A DNA stretch of 50,277 bases, filler included, from Catajapyx aquilonaris (GCA_000934665.2; 2 parts of 2 records of this genome joined end to end with filler, not necessarily neighbours in it), one strand, 5' to 3'. Positions 23,370 through 33,446 are shown, counted from the whole stretch's first letter. A program made the numbers and translations. Notes: generated from the letters alone by a model not told the origin.

Positions 23370-24186
23370 ATGTTTGGATGCACAGCTTCAGCATGTAAGT
23401 ACAGAGACTTTGTTATTTTTTATTTAGGACCAGTGTGCTAATTTCTCTATGTCATATGCAGATGACATTCCTCCTCCTCCTTCAAAGAGGTGCACTTACT
23501 CTGCTGAGGTGGAGGGCATGGAGGAGTCAGTTAAGCGCGAAGAAGAGGACATTGGGAAAGTGAATTCCCCTCTGTACTGGAGGAAAACTCTCGATCTGGA
23601 CCTGGACGTGTCCAGCTGTAGGCTCTTGACGGGGGAGGCAGCCAGCACCATGTTCACCTTTATGGAAAAGAGCATCAGGTACCTCTCCGACGAGGAGGCC
23701 ATGGTGTATATCCGTGGAGAGTGGCGTAAGATTCCCAGACAAATAGCAGCTTTTGGAGAATCTACCGACCTGGCCATCAAATTCTCTGGAACGATTATCT
23801 CGGCTGAGATCTGGCCTCTCGAAATACAACAACTCGCTCATATCTTGTGGTTGCAGACCACATACCGTTTCAATTTTGTTGTTGTGAATCGCCTGGATGG
23901 TGAGAAGTATAGCATCGGGCTTCACAAAGAGATCCAAGGGAGAGCGTCTGGGGCTTTCGCAGTGGTCACCCTGGGATGGCCCCGCTCAATAATTCTCACA
24001 TCAGAAGATGGGTTAAAATTACAATTGGAACCCTTGCGAATTAAAACCGGTTTAGGCCACTGCATATTGGTCAGACCACCCACCCCCAGCAAATGGCTCG
24101 TCGAGGTACCCAAAGATAGCTATGCTAAGGGCATTTCGATTGTAATGATTTTTCATAAGGTTGGCCTACAATTAAAAAAAATGTAG
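23370..24186 (+). CDS. ALKBH2-like 2OG-Fe(II) oxygenase-fold protein, 249 aa, catalytic residues substituted (exons 23370-23394, 23462-24186)
   Basis: VYIRGEWRKIPRQIAAFG, KFSG, FNFVVVNR, IGLH, VTLG and PPT..W align by eye to ALKBH2 VQVFGKWHSVPRKQATYG, YTFSG, FNFVLINR, IGEH, VSFG and HPTNTHW. Confidence 0.8.
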
Positions 24187-24309
24187 TTTTTGAAAAGGAA
24201 AAAAAGTGTGTGTATATATTTGACTTGACATTTCAGAGCTTGGGGTTGTGCGGGTTCTTATAGCTGGGGTTTTTCCTCACAGGAGATTTATAGGTGGAGA
24301 TCCTAGATA

Positions 24310-24555
24310 TGTAACATGGCTGCTCGGATTCAAGATGGCTCTTCGGATCCAAGATGGACTCTGGGTGGTGTGGTTGGGGTGTGGGGTTTAACCGGTCACG
24401 TGGCCCCCACCCTAGTAAAGGATACAGAGCGTCCAACCCCTCTAAACCTTTCGGGACTCCAAATCGGATCAAAGATGGCTGCAACCTGTGTGGACTCAAG
24501 ATGTCAGCTCGGATCAAAGATGGTTGCCCCCTTGCATGGCTCCAAGATGGAGTCT
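24310..24555 (-). repeat. Right AAGATGG (YY1-type) motif array, inverted homolog of 21010-21335
   Basis: Five AAGATGG copies plus two one-mismatch variants, and ACCGGTCACGTGGCCCCCACC...AGAGCGTCCAACCCCTCTAAACCTTTCGGG. Confidence 0.75.
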
Positions 24556-24932
24556 GGGAATCTTAATCGGAGCGAGGCAGAAGCAGGGGAGGGGGAAATG
24601 AAAGCTTGTACGTGGAGGGTAGAAATAAGTCGAGGATTTTTAGGTGCGACAGGTCGTCACCGGATGACGAATGCTCGAGTCATCCTAAGCTGAGCACTTC
24701 AAAGTCACCACTTCTCCCTTCTTCTTATTCTGGGTGGGGATGATACACAACGGCTACAGAAAAATGATGGCAAAATTCTACAAAGGTTTAAAACCGTTTT
24801 TGGATGCAAGGGAAATGTATGTAAAAAATATGACTGTCGAACCTTGTCAGAGCTGCATACCCCGTCGGAAGTAGAGGCGCCACAAAAGTCACAAGGACAA
24901 AATACCAGAGGGGAAACTTACCTTGAAGGTCT

Positions 24933-25040
24933 AAGAGGATTTAGGGTTATCACCCTCTGATGACCAAGCCTCATTGCTCAACTCGTGCAAGTTTCAACTG
25001 CTACAAAAATGATTAGAAACGTCATTTCCTTAGGGGAGTG
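24933..25040 (+). promoter_or_regulatory. Repeated promoter module, copy 3 (cut by the gap)
   Basis: Nearly identical to 23064-23188 and runs directly into the N spacer. Confidence 0.65.
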
Positions 25041-25160
25041 GCCTCCCCAAATAAAAGGTCNNNNNNNNNNNNNNNNNNNNNNNNNNNNNNNNNNNNNNNN
25101 NNNNTTAATTAATTAANNNNNNNNNNNNNNNNNNNNNNNNNNNNNNNNNNNNNNNNNNNN
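25041..25160. other. Artificial contig-join spacer
   Basis: N runs surrounding TTAATTAATTAA (25105-25116), a six-frame stop linker. Confidence 0.9.
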
Positions 25161-26507
25161 GTGGTGCATGTCGGTCAGTACACACCGGGTAAATCCATAC
25201 CCGAGTTGTTCCCAGATTATTCAACAAATCTCCACGACAGGTTCATAAACGGAACTCTCGCCTTTGATTTGTCTAAATCCGAGCTGCAATTCATGTTGGA
25301 CAATTCGGTGCCAATGTTTGGTTGCCTGATGTTCCTGCTTTTCGTAAGTGACACCCTTAATTTCCACTGGAATCTGGAAGCAACGCAAGTAGATGATGGC
25401 GAGATTCCTGATATGTTGTTGCCTGATGGTAATTATACGGGACAAACCGGTGACATCATCCTAAGGAAAGCGGAGATAGGCTTTATAGTGACAACATTTG
25501 TCAGCCGGGTTGTTCAAGTTGTTTTTCCCGACTATTTTGTGCAGATGACATTTTCCACGCGGACTTCGATGCCTAGTTATTCCTGGAATTCCATTTTGAT
25601 GCCTTACACTCCTGAAATGTGGGTTTTAATATTATTAGCCACTCTAATATGCAGCTTTGTCCTTTTCGCCCTGCTAAGAATAGAGAGCACTTTTCGCAAC
25701 CCTTTTCCAGACAAGGGTCCGTCCTATTCCCTCTTCCTCTACTCGGCCAGATACCTGTTTTCCACCCTGATCGAGGAAAACCCCAACACCATCCCCCGAG
25801 GTGACCCCTCCAGACTCTTCATCTCCTTCTGGTGGATCTATTCCCTGGTCATCATCATCGGGTACGAAGCCTTGTACTTCGGATTCTTAGCGTCTCCAGT
25901 TCAGGAGGATTTGCCTGATTCGTGGCAAGAACTCAGTGGGAAAAGTGATAACTGGCAATGGGGAACCTTCGAAGTAGCTAAGCCTTACTACTCAAATATT
26001 TTCATAGACAACGATTTGGAGTACTTTCAGCCAATTGCTAACAACATGCAGGATCAACCTGATTTCACTGCTTGCGTTCGTAAATCGATAGAGGAAAATT
26101 ACGCTTGCATAGCTCCAGAGGACTTCTTGTTGGCATTTGGGACTCAGTACATAGACCAGGCTGGAAAGATTCCCCTTCTCATTGCTCGAGACGCTGTCAT
26201 CTTCATATTTTGTACCTTTATTTTGGACAAGCAAAGTTTGTTGGGTCCAATCTTCAACAGAATGACAGTTTATTACATAGATTCGGGACTGATGGCCAAA
26301 TTCGACAAGTACTTGGAGTACACCTGTCTGATGATAGGTCTTAGAGAAGCCAGAAAGAAAAAAAGATGGTATCTCCAGTCAATGGCTTTGAATTTTGACC
26401 AGCTGAGAGCAGTCGTGTATTTTCTCGTCATATTCTGCTGGGGCTGTGGGATTTTAATTTTCATCGCAGAGAAACTGTTCTTTAATATTTTTACAACACT
26501 GGTGTAG
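25161..26507 (+). CDS. Divergent ionotropic receptor (IR), intronless, 5' end lost in the gap
   Basis: iGluR/IR layout: S1 (GNYTGQTGDIILRKAEIG), ILMPYTPEMW before M1, RLFISFWW...IIGYEALYFGFLASP (M2/M3), S2 ending DSGLMAK, LNFDQL and M4. The ORF starts at the first base after the gap. Confidence 0.85.
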   Translation: MVHVGQYTPGKSIPELFPDYSTNLHDRFINGTLAFDLSKSELQFMLDNSVPMFGCLMFLLFVSDTLNFHWNLEATQVDDGEIPDMLLPDGNYTGQTGDIILRKAEIGFIVTTFVSRVVQVVFPDYFVQMTFSTRTSMPSYSWNSILMPYTPEMWVLILLATLICSFVLFALLRIESTFRNPFPDKGPSYSLFLYSARYLFSTLIEENPNTIPRGDPSRLFISFWWIYSLVIIIGYEALYFGFLASPVQEDLPDSWQELSGKSDNWQWGTFEVAKPYYSNIFIDNDLEYFQPIANNMQDQPDFTACVRKSIEENYACIAPEDFLLAFGTQYIDQAGKIPLLIARDAVIFIFCTFILDKQSLLGPIFNRMTVYYIDSGLMAKFDKYLEYTCLMIGLREARKKKRWYLQSMALNFDQLRAVVYFLVIFCWGCGILIFIAEKLFFNIFTTLV

Positions 26508-27081
26508 CCTAAATAATATACAATAACAACAAGTGACTTTGTCTGCAACAGGTGATATAATAATTCCAGAGTTCAATAAATCATTTGTGTTGTTGATATC
26601 CGCATAATATTGTATGAAAGGCTGCTCTGGCAAATATATTATTCAAATTATTTTCAAATGCTGTGTACACTTCTAGTTGTATTAGAATCAATGTTTAACA
26701 GTCTGATGTCCCAATGCAATGAGGAAAAAAGGTGTATTAATATCGAGGGAGATAAAGTGAAGTTCTGACACGTTAGTGACCCTACATAATTATGGGCATA
26801 TCTTTTGTGAAATTGTTTGGATTTTATTGTATTATACTACCTTATATCGCATAATAGAAAGTGATGGACGAAAATAAACTACGTGTTCATTCCCGGGAGG
26901 GTGAAAAGGATAAGTATTTACCTTGCAGCAACCAGTTAAAAGACAAGCATCAATCAAAAGTGAATGAGCCCATCAGTGTTGCTGGAATATAAAAGGTCCT
27001 TCCAACATGATTTGTCAAAATCTTTTGACAGTGTGCAAATCGATTCAACAGAGGACACTACATATCTTGGCGCATGATTTC

Positions 27082-27734
27082 TTGATAACATGTATCATAG
27101 AAAAGCCCACTTTTCCTATACAACCGATCATTTGTCTTGTTACATGATTTCCTTTATTTATACCCTCTGAAACCCAATCTTTCCCAGAGTCCCCACATTT
27201 TCAGCCCAAAGACAAGCCTTCGCGAGTCGCCATTATCTGCACGCAATATTGCGTGACTGTGGAGCGAAGAGATTTGCCTGTATTACTCCAAGCACGTGTG
27301 ACTACCTTGTCAACCGAATGGGGTTGATCCCGGGAGTGAATAATATTCAAAAGGACCCATTTCCAACTGTACACATCTGGCCGACAGAGTTCCGAAAATG
27401 TTCTGCCACCTTCTCAGCACAATCGTAACTCTGCAGTCTTGATGTGGACAGTTGGAAATAGGTCCTTTTGAATTATTCACTCCCGGGATCAACCCAGTCC
27501 GGTTGACAAGCTGGTCACACGTGCCTGGAGTAATACGAGCAAATCTCTTCGCTCTACCGTCACGCAATATTGCGTGCGGGTAATGGTGACTCGCGAAGGC
27601 AGCTCGTCTTTAGGGTTAGAATGTGGGGACTCTGGAAAATATCGGTTTTTAGAGTACAAAGGAAATCAGATTACCAGACAAATGATCGGTTGTAGTAAAA
27701 GTAGTAGGGGCTTTTCTATGATGCATGTTATCAA
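27082..27734. mobile_element. Foldback element with ~290-bp diverged arms
   Basis: 27082-27370 is an imperfect reverse complement of 27449-27734. Confidence 0.8.
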
Positions 27735-27927
27735 TCAGGACTGGTAGTATTTTGTTCAGTATCGTATATGTCGAAAGACGTCGCGTCGCATCTAAATCGT
27801 AATTAAGGCAGTTACTGGAGTGTGGTTGCAGTATCCATTCCTTGTGCAAGAAAACTATCGTAGCATACATCGCACAAGACTTAGTGAATTTCTGAATAAT
27901 AAATCCACCAGATATGAGTAATCCGAA

Positions 27928-28080
27928 GTGTATCAACAGTTCAAAAAGAATTGTCCCTCGCGTCGAGCGGGCAGCCACGCGTCAGGATGAAAGCAACCTG
28001 TTAACTCGTTCCTTTCATCCTGACGCGTGGCTGCCCGCTCGACGTGAGGGACAATAATTCTTTTTGGACTGTTGATACAC
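27928..28080. mobile_element. Palindromic MITE
   Basis: GTGTATCAACAGTTCAAAAAGAATTGTCCCTC...GAGGGACAATAATTCTTTTTGGACTGTTGATACAC, a near-perfect hairpin. Confidence 0.8.
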
Positions 28081-28735
28081 ATGTTCTTAACTTTCCCATC
28101 TGGTGCATAAACATAGAGACTGTTAGGGCTTCCCACACGTGATTCTCCAACAAACAACTGTTAGTGAGAGAAGCAGGGCAGGTGAAGCAGCATCGAAGCT
28201 TCAACACAATATCCATCTTGCCATGCTCCTGACCACTAATGATGACAGCAGTCTCATTGCAAGAAGGTTGATTGAATCGACCACAATGCTCACCTTGTGG
28301 TCGCACTCAGATGTGCTTGGTGTTCTTCCTCAGTCTCTTGGTCCCTCCTTTGCCGAACTGTACGTGTAAGTGATGAGCTTCTGCCAATGCTACTTAGTCA
28401 GATATTAACGGGGTTATTCCAGACCATGTAGGTCCCTAAACCCCGGGCCCCACATAGGGCCTATATCATCACTCTAAGTCCCTTTCATCGTGGTCCGCCA
28501 GGGGCGGACCACCCGTTCGCTTCCGAATCGAACCCAAGCCGTCATAGGATCGAGACTCGACCATCGGGACGACACCCAGAGGAGCCGTCCGTCCCACGAT
28601 CGAGTCCCGAACCCGTAAGGTCCGGAGCTCGTCCCAATCTCGTCCGACAGGCCTTTCGACTTTTGCCTGGTCACCCAGGCCTCCGTCGAGTCCCAAAGGG
28701 AAAGGTGCCAATGCTACTCCGTTTTTTGGGCCCAT
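28081..28735 (-). mobile_element. Internally deleted Helitron RepHel remnant
   Basis: After removing the 28395-28705 insert, three in-order fragments remain: N-terminus MGPK(K)RSSIGRSSSLTRTVRQRRDQETEEEHQAHL (one-base frameshift), RPQGEHCGRFNQPSCNETAVIISG..DIVLK, and the Pif1 helicase end CFSH*QLFVGESRVGSPNSLYVYAPDGKVKN. Confidence 0.75.
28395..28705 (-). ncRNA. Retroposed copy of a structured RNA ending in a box C/D motif
   Basis: 13-bp TSD TGCCAATGCTACT (28382-28394, 28706-28718); box C GTGATGA (28472-28466) and box D CTGA (28401-28398); closing stem ACTTAG/CTAAGT; many hairpins whose G-U pairs favour the minus strand. Confidence 0.6.
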
Positions 28736-29254
28736 CTTAAAGTGGGTGGGGAGTTGTCATAGATAATTATGTACACCGGTTGGGTGCAGGGACTGAATGT
28801 AGTAGTGAACAGTTATGGCATGTGAAAATGCATTGAGAATGTGGAGGTACAAACGTTACAAAGTTTTTTTTTAAAAAAGTAACAAATGCAAAAGGATGGG
28901 AAAGTACATGACACAGTACGTAACACAGTTCGGAAAAGGAGAACAACGACAGGTTGCCTGAGCAAACAAACCACAACCGCTATTCTTACATACAGTACAT
29001 GCCGCTGCAAGAAATGTTACTTTTTCAAGGAATTTAAAGCCTCACGCTTCAGTTTCCGAAAATGAGCCTAACTCCCACAACACGCATGTTCCAGAATCTT
29101 TTCACTACTCGGGCATCAACAATTAACATAATATCAACATCAGTAACAATTTATCAACAATTACTCTTTTTCCAAGTTCGCAATCCCTGAAAATTCCCTT
29201 GTGCAACAATACCTAGCAAATTAAATAGATTTCCTGCCACCCAACATTGCATCT

Positions 29255-29465
29255 GGGCAATTCCACGAAAGGCGGCCATATTGTCCGTACGTAACGCAGG
29301 TTTTGCAGACATGTACTAGCGTATTTTATTGTAACAATACCCACACATTACATAAAATGGATTAAGCATGCAGTGCATGCATCCTGGCATTGTTATAATA
29401 AAATACTCTTGTGCACGTAGGCAACACTTGCGTTACGTACGGACGGCTGCGCCATGGAATTGCCC
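29255..29465. mobile_element. MITE with 4-bp TSD (Sola2-like termini)
   Basis: ATCT|GGGCAATTCCA ... TGGAATTGCCC|ATCT, with internal inverted GTCCGTACGTAACGCA. Confidence 0.7.
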
Positions 29466-30073
29466 ATCTATATCTTGCGCCTCTTTTTTTTCTTTTTTTT
29501 CTTTTTTTTTAACACGTCCCATCGATGTAAATTCAACGCTAATTGGCCACCTCACGTGAGTTCGTATCGTGCGGTCATTCCGGGACTTTGTGGGATTTGC
29601 AATTAGACTTCCAGACACAAATAAATGCAAAACATAATAGTATTTACAAAAATACGACTGTCAGTGTTGAAAACAAAATGTCCCACCAGGCACCTGTACG
29701 TACATTTCTCAAGTTATTCGGGGCAAACATATGGAACAAGGTGGGGGTGTGAGGTGGGGTTGGGAGGTCAAGGGGTCAAAATTCTAGGAACTAAACACAT
29801 GGCAGTGCATCAGTCTTTTCCTGGGCCAACTCTATCAGCATTCCTCTTTTTACACATCCAATCAGCATATCTGTGTCAACTTCCGGTATAGGCCTACTCT
29901 AAAAGAGAAGCAGGCCATATTTCACCAATGAAGACCAAAATGTCAGCACACCAGTAGAATACGAACAGAAAATATAATTATAATTCCACTCAACTGGTCG
30001 AACTTTAGGACCATTGACTACACAAACAGCCTGTCTGGCTTCCTTGCCTCCCCGAGTCCTATAAGAAGACAGA

Positions 30074-30297
30074 GGGGAGACGGAGTGGCGCTGCGGTAAC
30101 GTATGCGCCCACGGATGTTAAGGTCCCGGGTTCGATCCCAGCCCGGGGACACCCCCTTCATCTCGTGCAGAGTTCAGGGTCACCTCTGGGTTCGTCTCGG
30201 GTGGTATTTCCAACAGACTAAACCACCCGGGGGGAGTTCACTAAAAATGGCCACATAAAGACATTGCACTGCACCTTGCACATCCCCTCCTGTCATC
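30074..30297 (+). mobile_element. tRNA-derived SINE, family B (head and body)
   Basis: A-box TGGCGCTGCGG and B-box GGTTCGATCCC; the body matches 5572-5697. Confidence 0.75.
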
Positions 30298-30416
30298 CCG
30301 CCCGTGGGCCCGGGCGCTACGTTATCAGGTCCTGTATATATAATAGGCCTACTAATGTATGTGTTATCAAGATCCATGCAATATAACTCGGAATGAGGTT
30401 CGTGCACTACCTGGGT

Positions 30417-30449
30417 AATAATAACAATAACAAGAACAACAACAACAAC

Positions 30450-30486
<37 letters not shown>

Positions 30487-30487
30487 T
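30417..30487 (+). repeat. Compound (AAC)n/(AAT)n microsatellite
   Basis: Directly visible trinucleotide runs. Confidence 0.9.
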
Positions 30488-30499
30488 ATTTATTATTAT

Positions 30500-31115
30500 A
30501 TAAGAAGACCAAGAGTACACCAAGTACTGGTCAAACTTGTCCATCAAGTCCGCATCTCTATATNATATAAAATATAAAACATGAGTTTGTTCAGGATCGG
30601 TACAGTGTTGGTCATATATCGAGGCAACCACCAGCGACATTTTCCGAAGCGGCAGAAGAAGGAATCGAAGACAAGCATACTTACAAGCCGGGCGAGCAAG
30701 TTTCCTTCTTCTGCTGCTTCGGAAAATGTCGCTGGCGGTTGCCTGGATATATGACCAACACTGTACCAACAAACTGTGTTTGTCGGTGATCCAAACCACA
30801 CAAGCAACTCAGCGTTGTTGGACGGAACAACCGGAACTTTTCCAGCTTTATCTATGTACTGGACACCGAAAGTGAGCAGTGTGTCTGCTGGAGCTGTGTA
30901 TGAAAAATTGCTCTCTATTGATATTGTGATATTGTCAGGCTGCTCGACCATGTTGCCTGTGGGCCTGATCCTCATTGGTCATTAAAATGCCTGAAAAATA
31001 AGGCTTGGCTAATTCAAGCGTTCCCCACTGCCTGGCGTTGCGGAGATTGCTGAGATCTTGGTATGTCTTCGGTAAGTCTTCAAGCCTGGGAGATGCTAAA
31101 AACCAGGAGATACTC
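30500..31115 (-). pseudogene. IR pseudogene fragment paralogous to 25161-26507
   Basis: FLASPRLEDLPKTYQDLS..QWGTLELAKPYFS, TFGVQYIDKAGKVP, DKHSLL and DADLMDKFDQYL match the IR at 25161. Contains frameshifts and a MITE insertion. Confidence 0.85.
30603..30763. mobile_element. Palindromic ~160-bp MITE, copy 2
   Basis: TA|CAGTGTTGGTCATATATC...GATATATGACCAACACTG|TA, inside the IR pseudogene. Confidence 0.85.
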
Positions 31116-33446
31116 AGGTCTTGAACCACGGACATCTTCTACAAGGGACTTCACCAGCTCTTCTTCCTCGGACCAGTATGTAGAAGACTAGTGGATCTGA
31201 CCCAATCCAGGCACTGCCAGCAGCATGCACAAGCAGGCTCCAACCAGTAGTCTCTCCATACCGGAATCAGTGGTATTGATTACAAACCTATATTATACAG
31301 TACGGAGAAAAATCGCAGGAAAATTTAGCAACCAAAAATATTCTCCTTCAAAACACAATTTTTTGTAAATTAATTTGTACCAACATTAAGCCTCTTAACT
31401 TGCGATTATAAATCCACCCAAGACATTACCACTACTTGTGACAGTGATGGCATATACTCGTATATTAGCAACCTGTCTCGTAAGGATGGGTTTACTAGGG
31501 TCATGCAAATGAAACCGAGCCAAGGGGTTTCTCGTGGTATCTTCAGCATAAAACGAAGGCAGGTGCAGTGTTACCCCGCATTGACAGATGAAGATTCAAT
31601 AGCATGACACGAGTTGTCACAATTCACCGAAAAACGACAACACGAATTTCAACTTGTCCATACTTCTTTTTTTTTTGTCTGGAACTTTTTTTTTTTGTTA
31701 CACTTTTTTGGTGATTTATTTTCTTTTTTTAAATTTGACAAGACACTCCACATGTCCATCGAACTTATCTCATTTATACCTAAGGGTGTAATTAATTACA
31801 AGTCCCAGAGGGAGTAGGCAAAGGATGGGAGGGAGGCTGAAGGTAAACCTACATTACAATAATTGTAATCATTACAGTTTTTTTTATAAAGACAGCGGAA
31901 ATGAAAGTCACCAAACAAAAACAAAGGAGGCTATTGCTATACGAAATCACTGGAGGGATTGGGTCGAAACCAAGAGATATAAGTCACGGCACTTTACAAA
32001 AAATGAATGGGAAGTAAAACAGATTTGCATCTTAATAGTTAATCTAGGTGGAGTTATGTACAACTTTGTATGCTAAAAGCTAAATGTCATGAGTGGTGTG
32101 TGTTGTGTAGTAATGAAAACTTTTGGGGGGCGTGGAGGAAGGGGGGAAGGAAGGAAGGAAGGGAAGGCAAAGCATGATTTAAAAAATAATAAAAAAACCC
32201 ACAAATTTTGGCTTGCATAAACCAAAAAGGTTGGAATGTAGCTTTCATGGATTTTCACTAGACGCAAAGCAAAATAAGTGGCGATAAATCTCCCTGCAAC
32301 AAGCTTTGCATACATGCTGTTAGATGCCAACTAACAGAAAAGAAATCAGTTGTGCTCATAATCACGTTTGCAACAGACCAAACTGCCGATTGCAAAATTA
32401 GCGAACAGTATTTTTTTGTTTAAACATGAGGGTTGGAAGAGATCTTAAGGCCGGCCGCTGCAGAAAATCCTGCACAAGCCGTCGACTCGTTACGGATAAC
32501 TACTGATGGCATGATAAGCCGACCCAATCGGCGTGCAAGTAACTGCATATTTATTGCCTTCCGAGACCAATTTCAGCTGCCAACTTACACCATCACGCAC
32601 ATTTTTAAAAAGTTGGCTTCTTGCCACTGTACTCACTGTACCATTGCGCAGGTCATGTTTTGCAAAGTAAACGCACCCATTCCGAAACTCCCATTTCGCA
32701 ACCCTCACATTCTGCGGACGACGGACTTGCTATGGGTTGGTCTCTGGGGAAAGGGGGATGTCACGGAAACTCAGGGGGATCTCTTTTCAGTCTTTTGAAA
32801 CAACTATGTACACGTAACACTTCTTGGGGTCACTTGGGGCAAAAAAAAAAAGAGGTAAGACTTGGGAACTAAAGAACGTTTGGTTTTTAAAAAAATCACC
32901 TCCCCCGAAATGTTTCCACTCCCAGTGCATCCGATTAAATAACTAAACAAAAATGATATAAGATGAATGGGGAAAAAAAAATCCACGATACATCCTCCCA
33001 CTTAAAAAAAAAAAAAAACAGAAAAAAAAAATTTCATTGCACTCTCGTTACCTGCACTTCACATCGAGTCTCGGCCCCACTTATAATTACAATACACACT
33101 CTGGTATTTTTTTTTCTTTTCTTCCTTCTTTTTAATAGTGGTGGGATGAAAAGCATGAGAGGAAAGGTGCGATTGGGTGAAAAGGTGTGAGATATCCCAT
33201 CAAACTTCTTTTTTTTTCTCCCTATTCTTTTCAGGTTTTTTTTTAAAATGCTGCAGCATCCTTCATGCTCACTAGGAATCGGGCAATCACTCAAAAGAAA
33301 CCAGAGGAAAAAAAAAAAAATCTTGCTTCCGTCACTTTGTAAATGTTACTGTATAATATATGGGAAAAGTAGATTTGGAGGTAGGAAGGAGAATATTGTA
33401 GAAGAGGAAGGGAGGGAAGGAGGGGGGGTAAAGTATGATATACAAA

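Noticed and set aside
25105..25116. TTAATTAATTAA palindrome, and the idea that promoter copy 3 drives the IR at 25161
   Set aside because: It is an artificial linker inside an N spacer, so the two sides may not be adjacent in the genome.
28434..28444. CCCTAAACCCC as a telomerase RNA template
   Set aside because: It is on the strand opposite to the one favoured by G-U pairs and C/D boxes, and would template TTTAGGG rather than TTAGG.
28469..28735. 88-aa and 66-aa minus-strand ORFs
   Set aside because: Chance read-through of a GC-rich structured insert, one of them starting from the Helitron ATG.
30180..30512. Poly-Ile/Val and poly-Leu membrane-like ORFs
   Set aside because: Translations of the (AAT)n/(AAC)n microsatellite.
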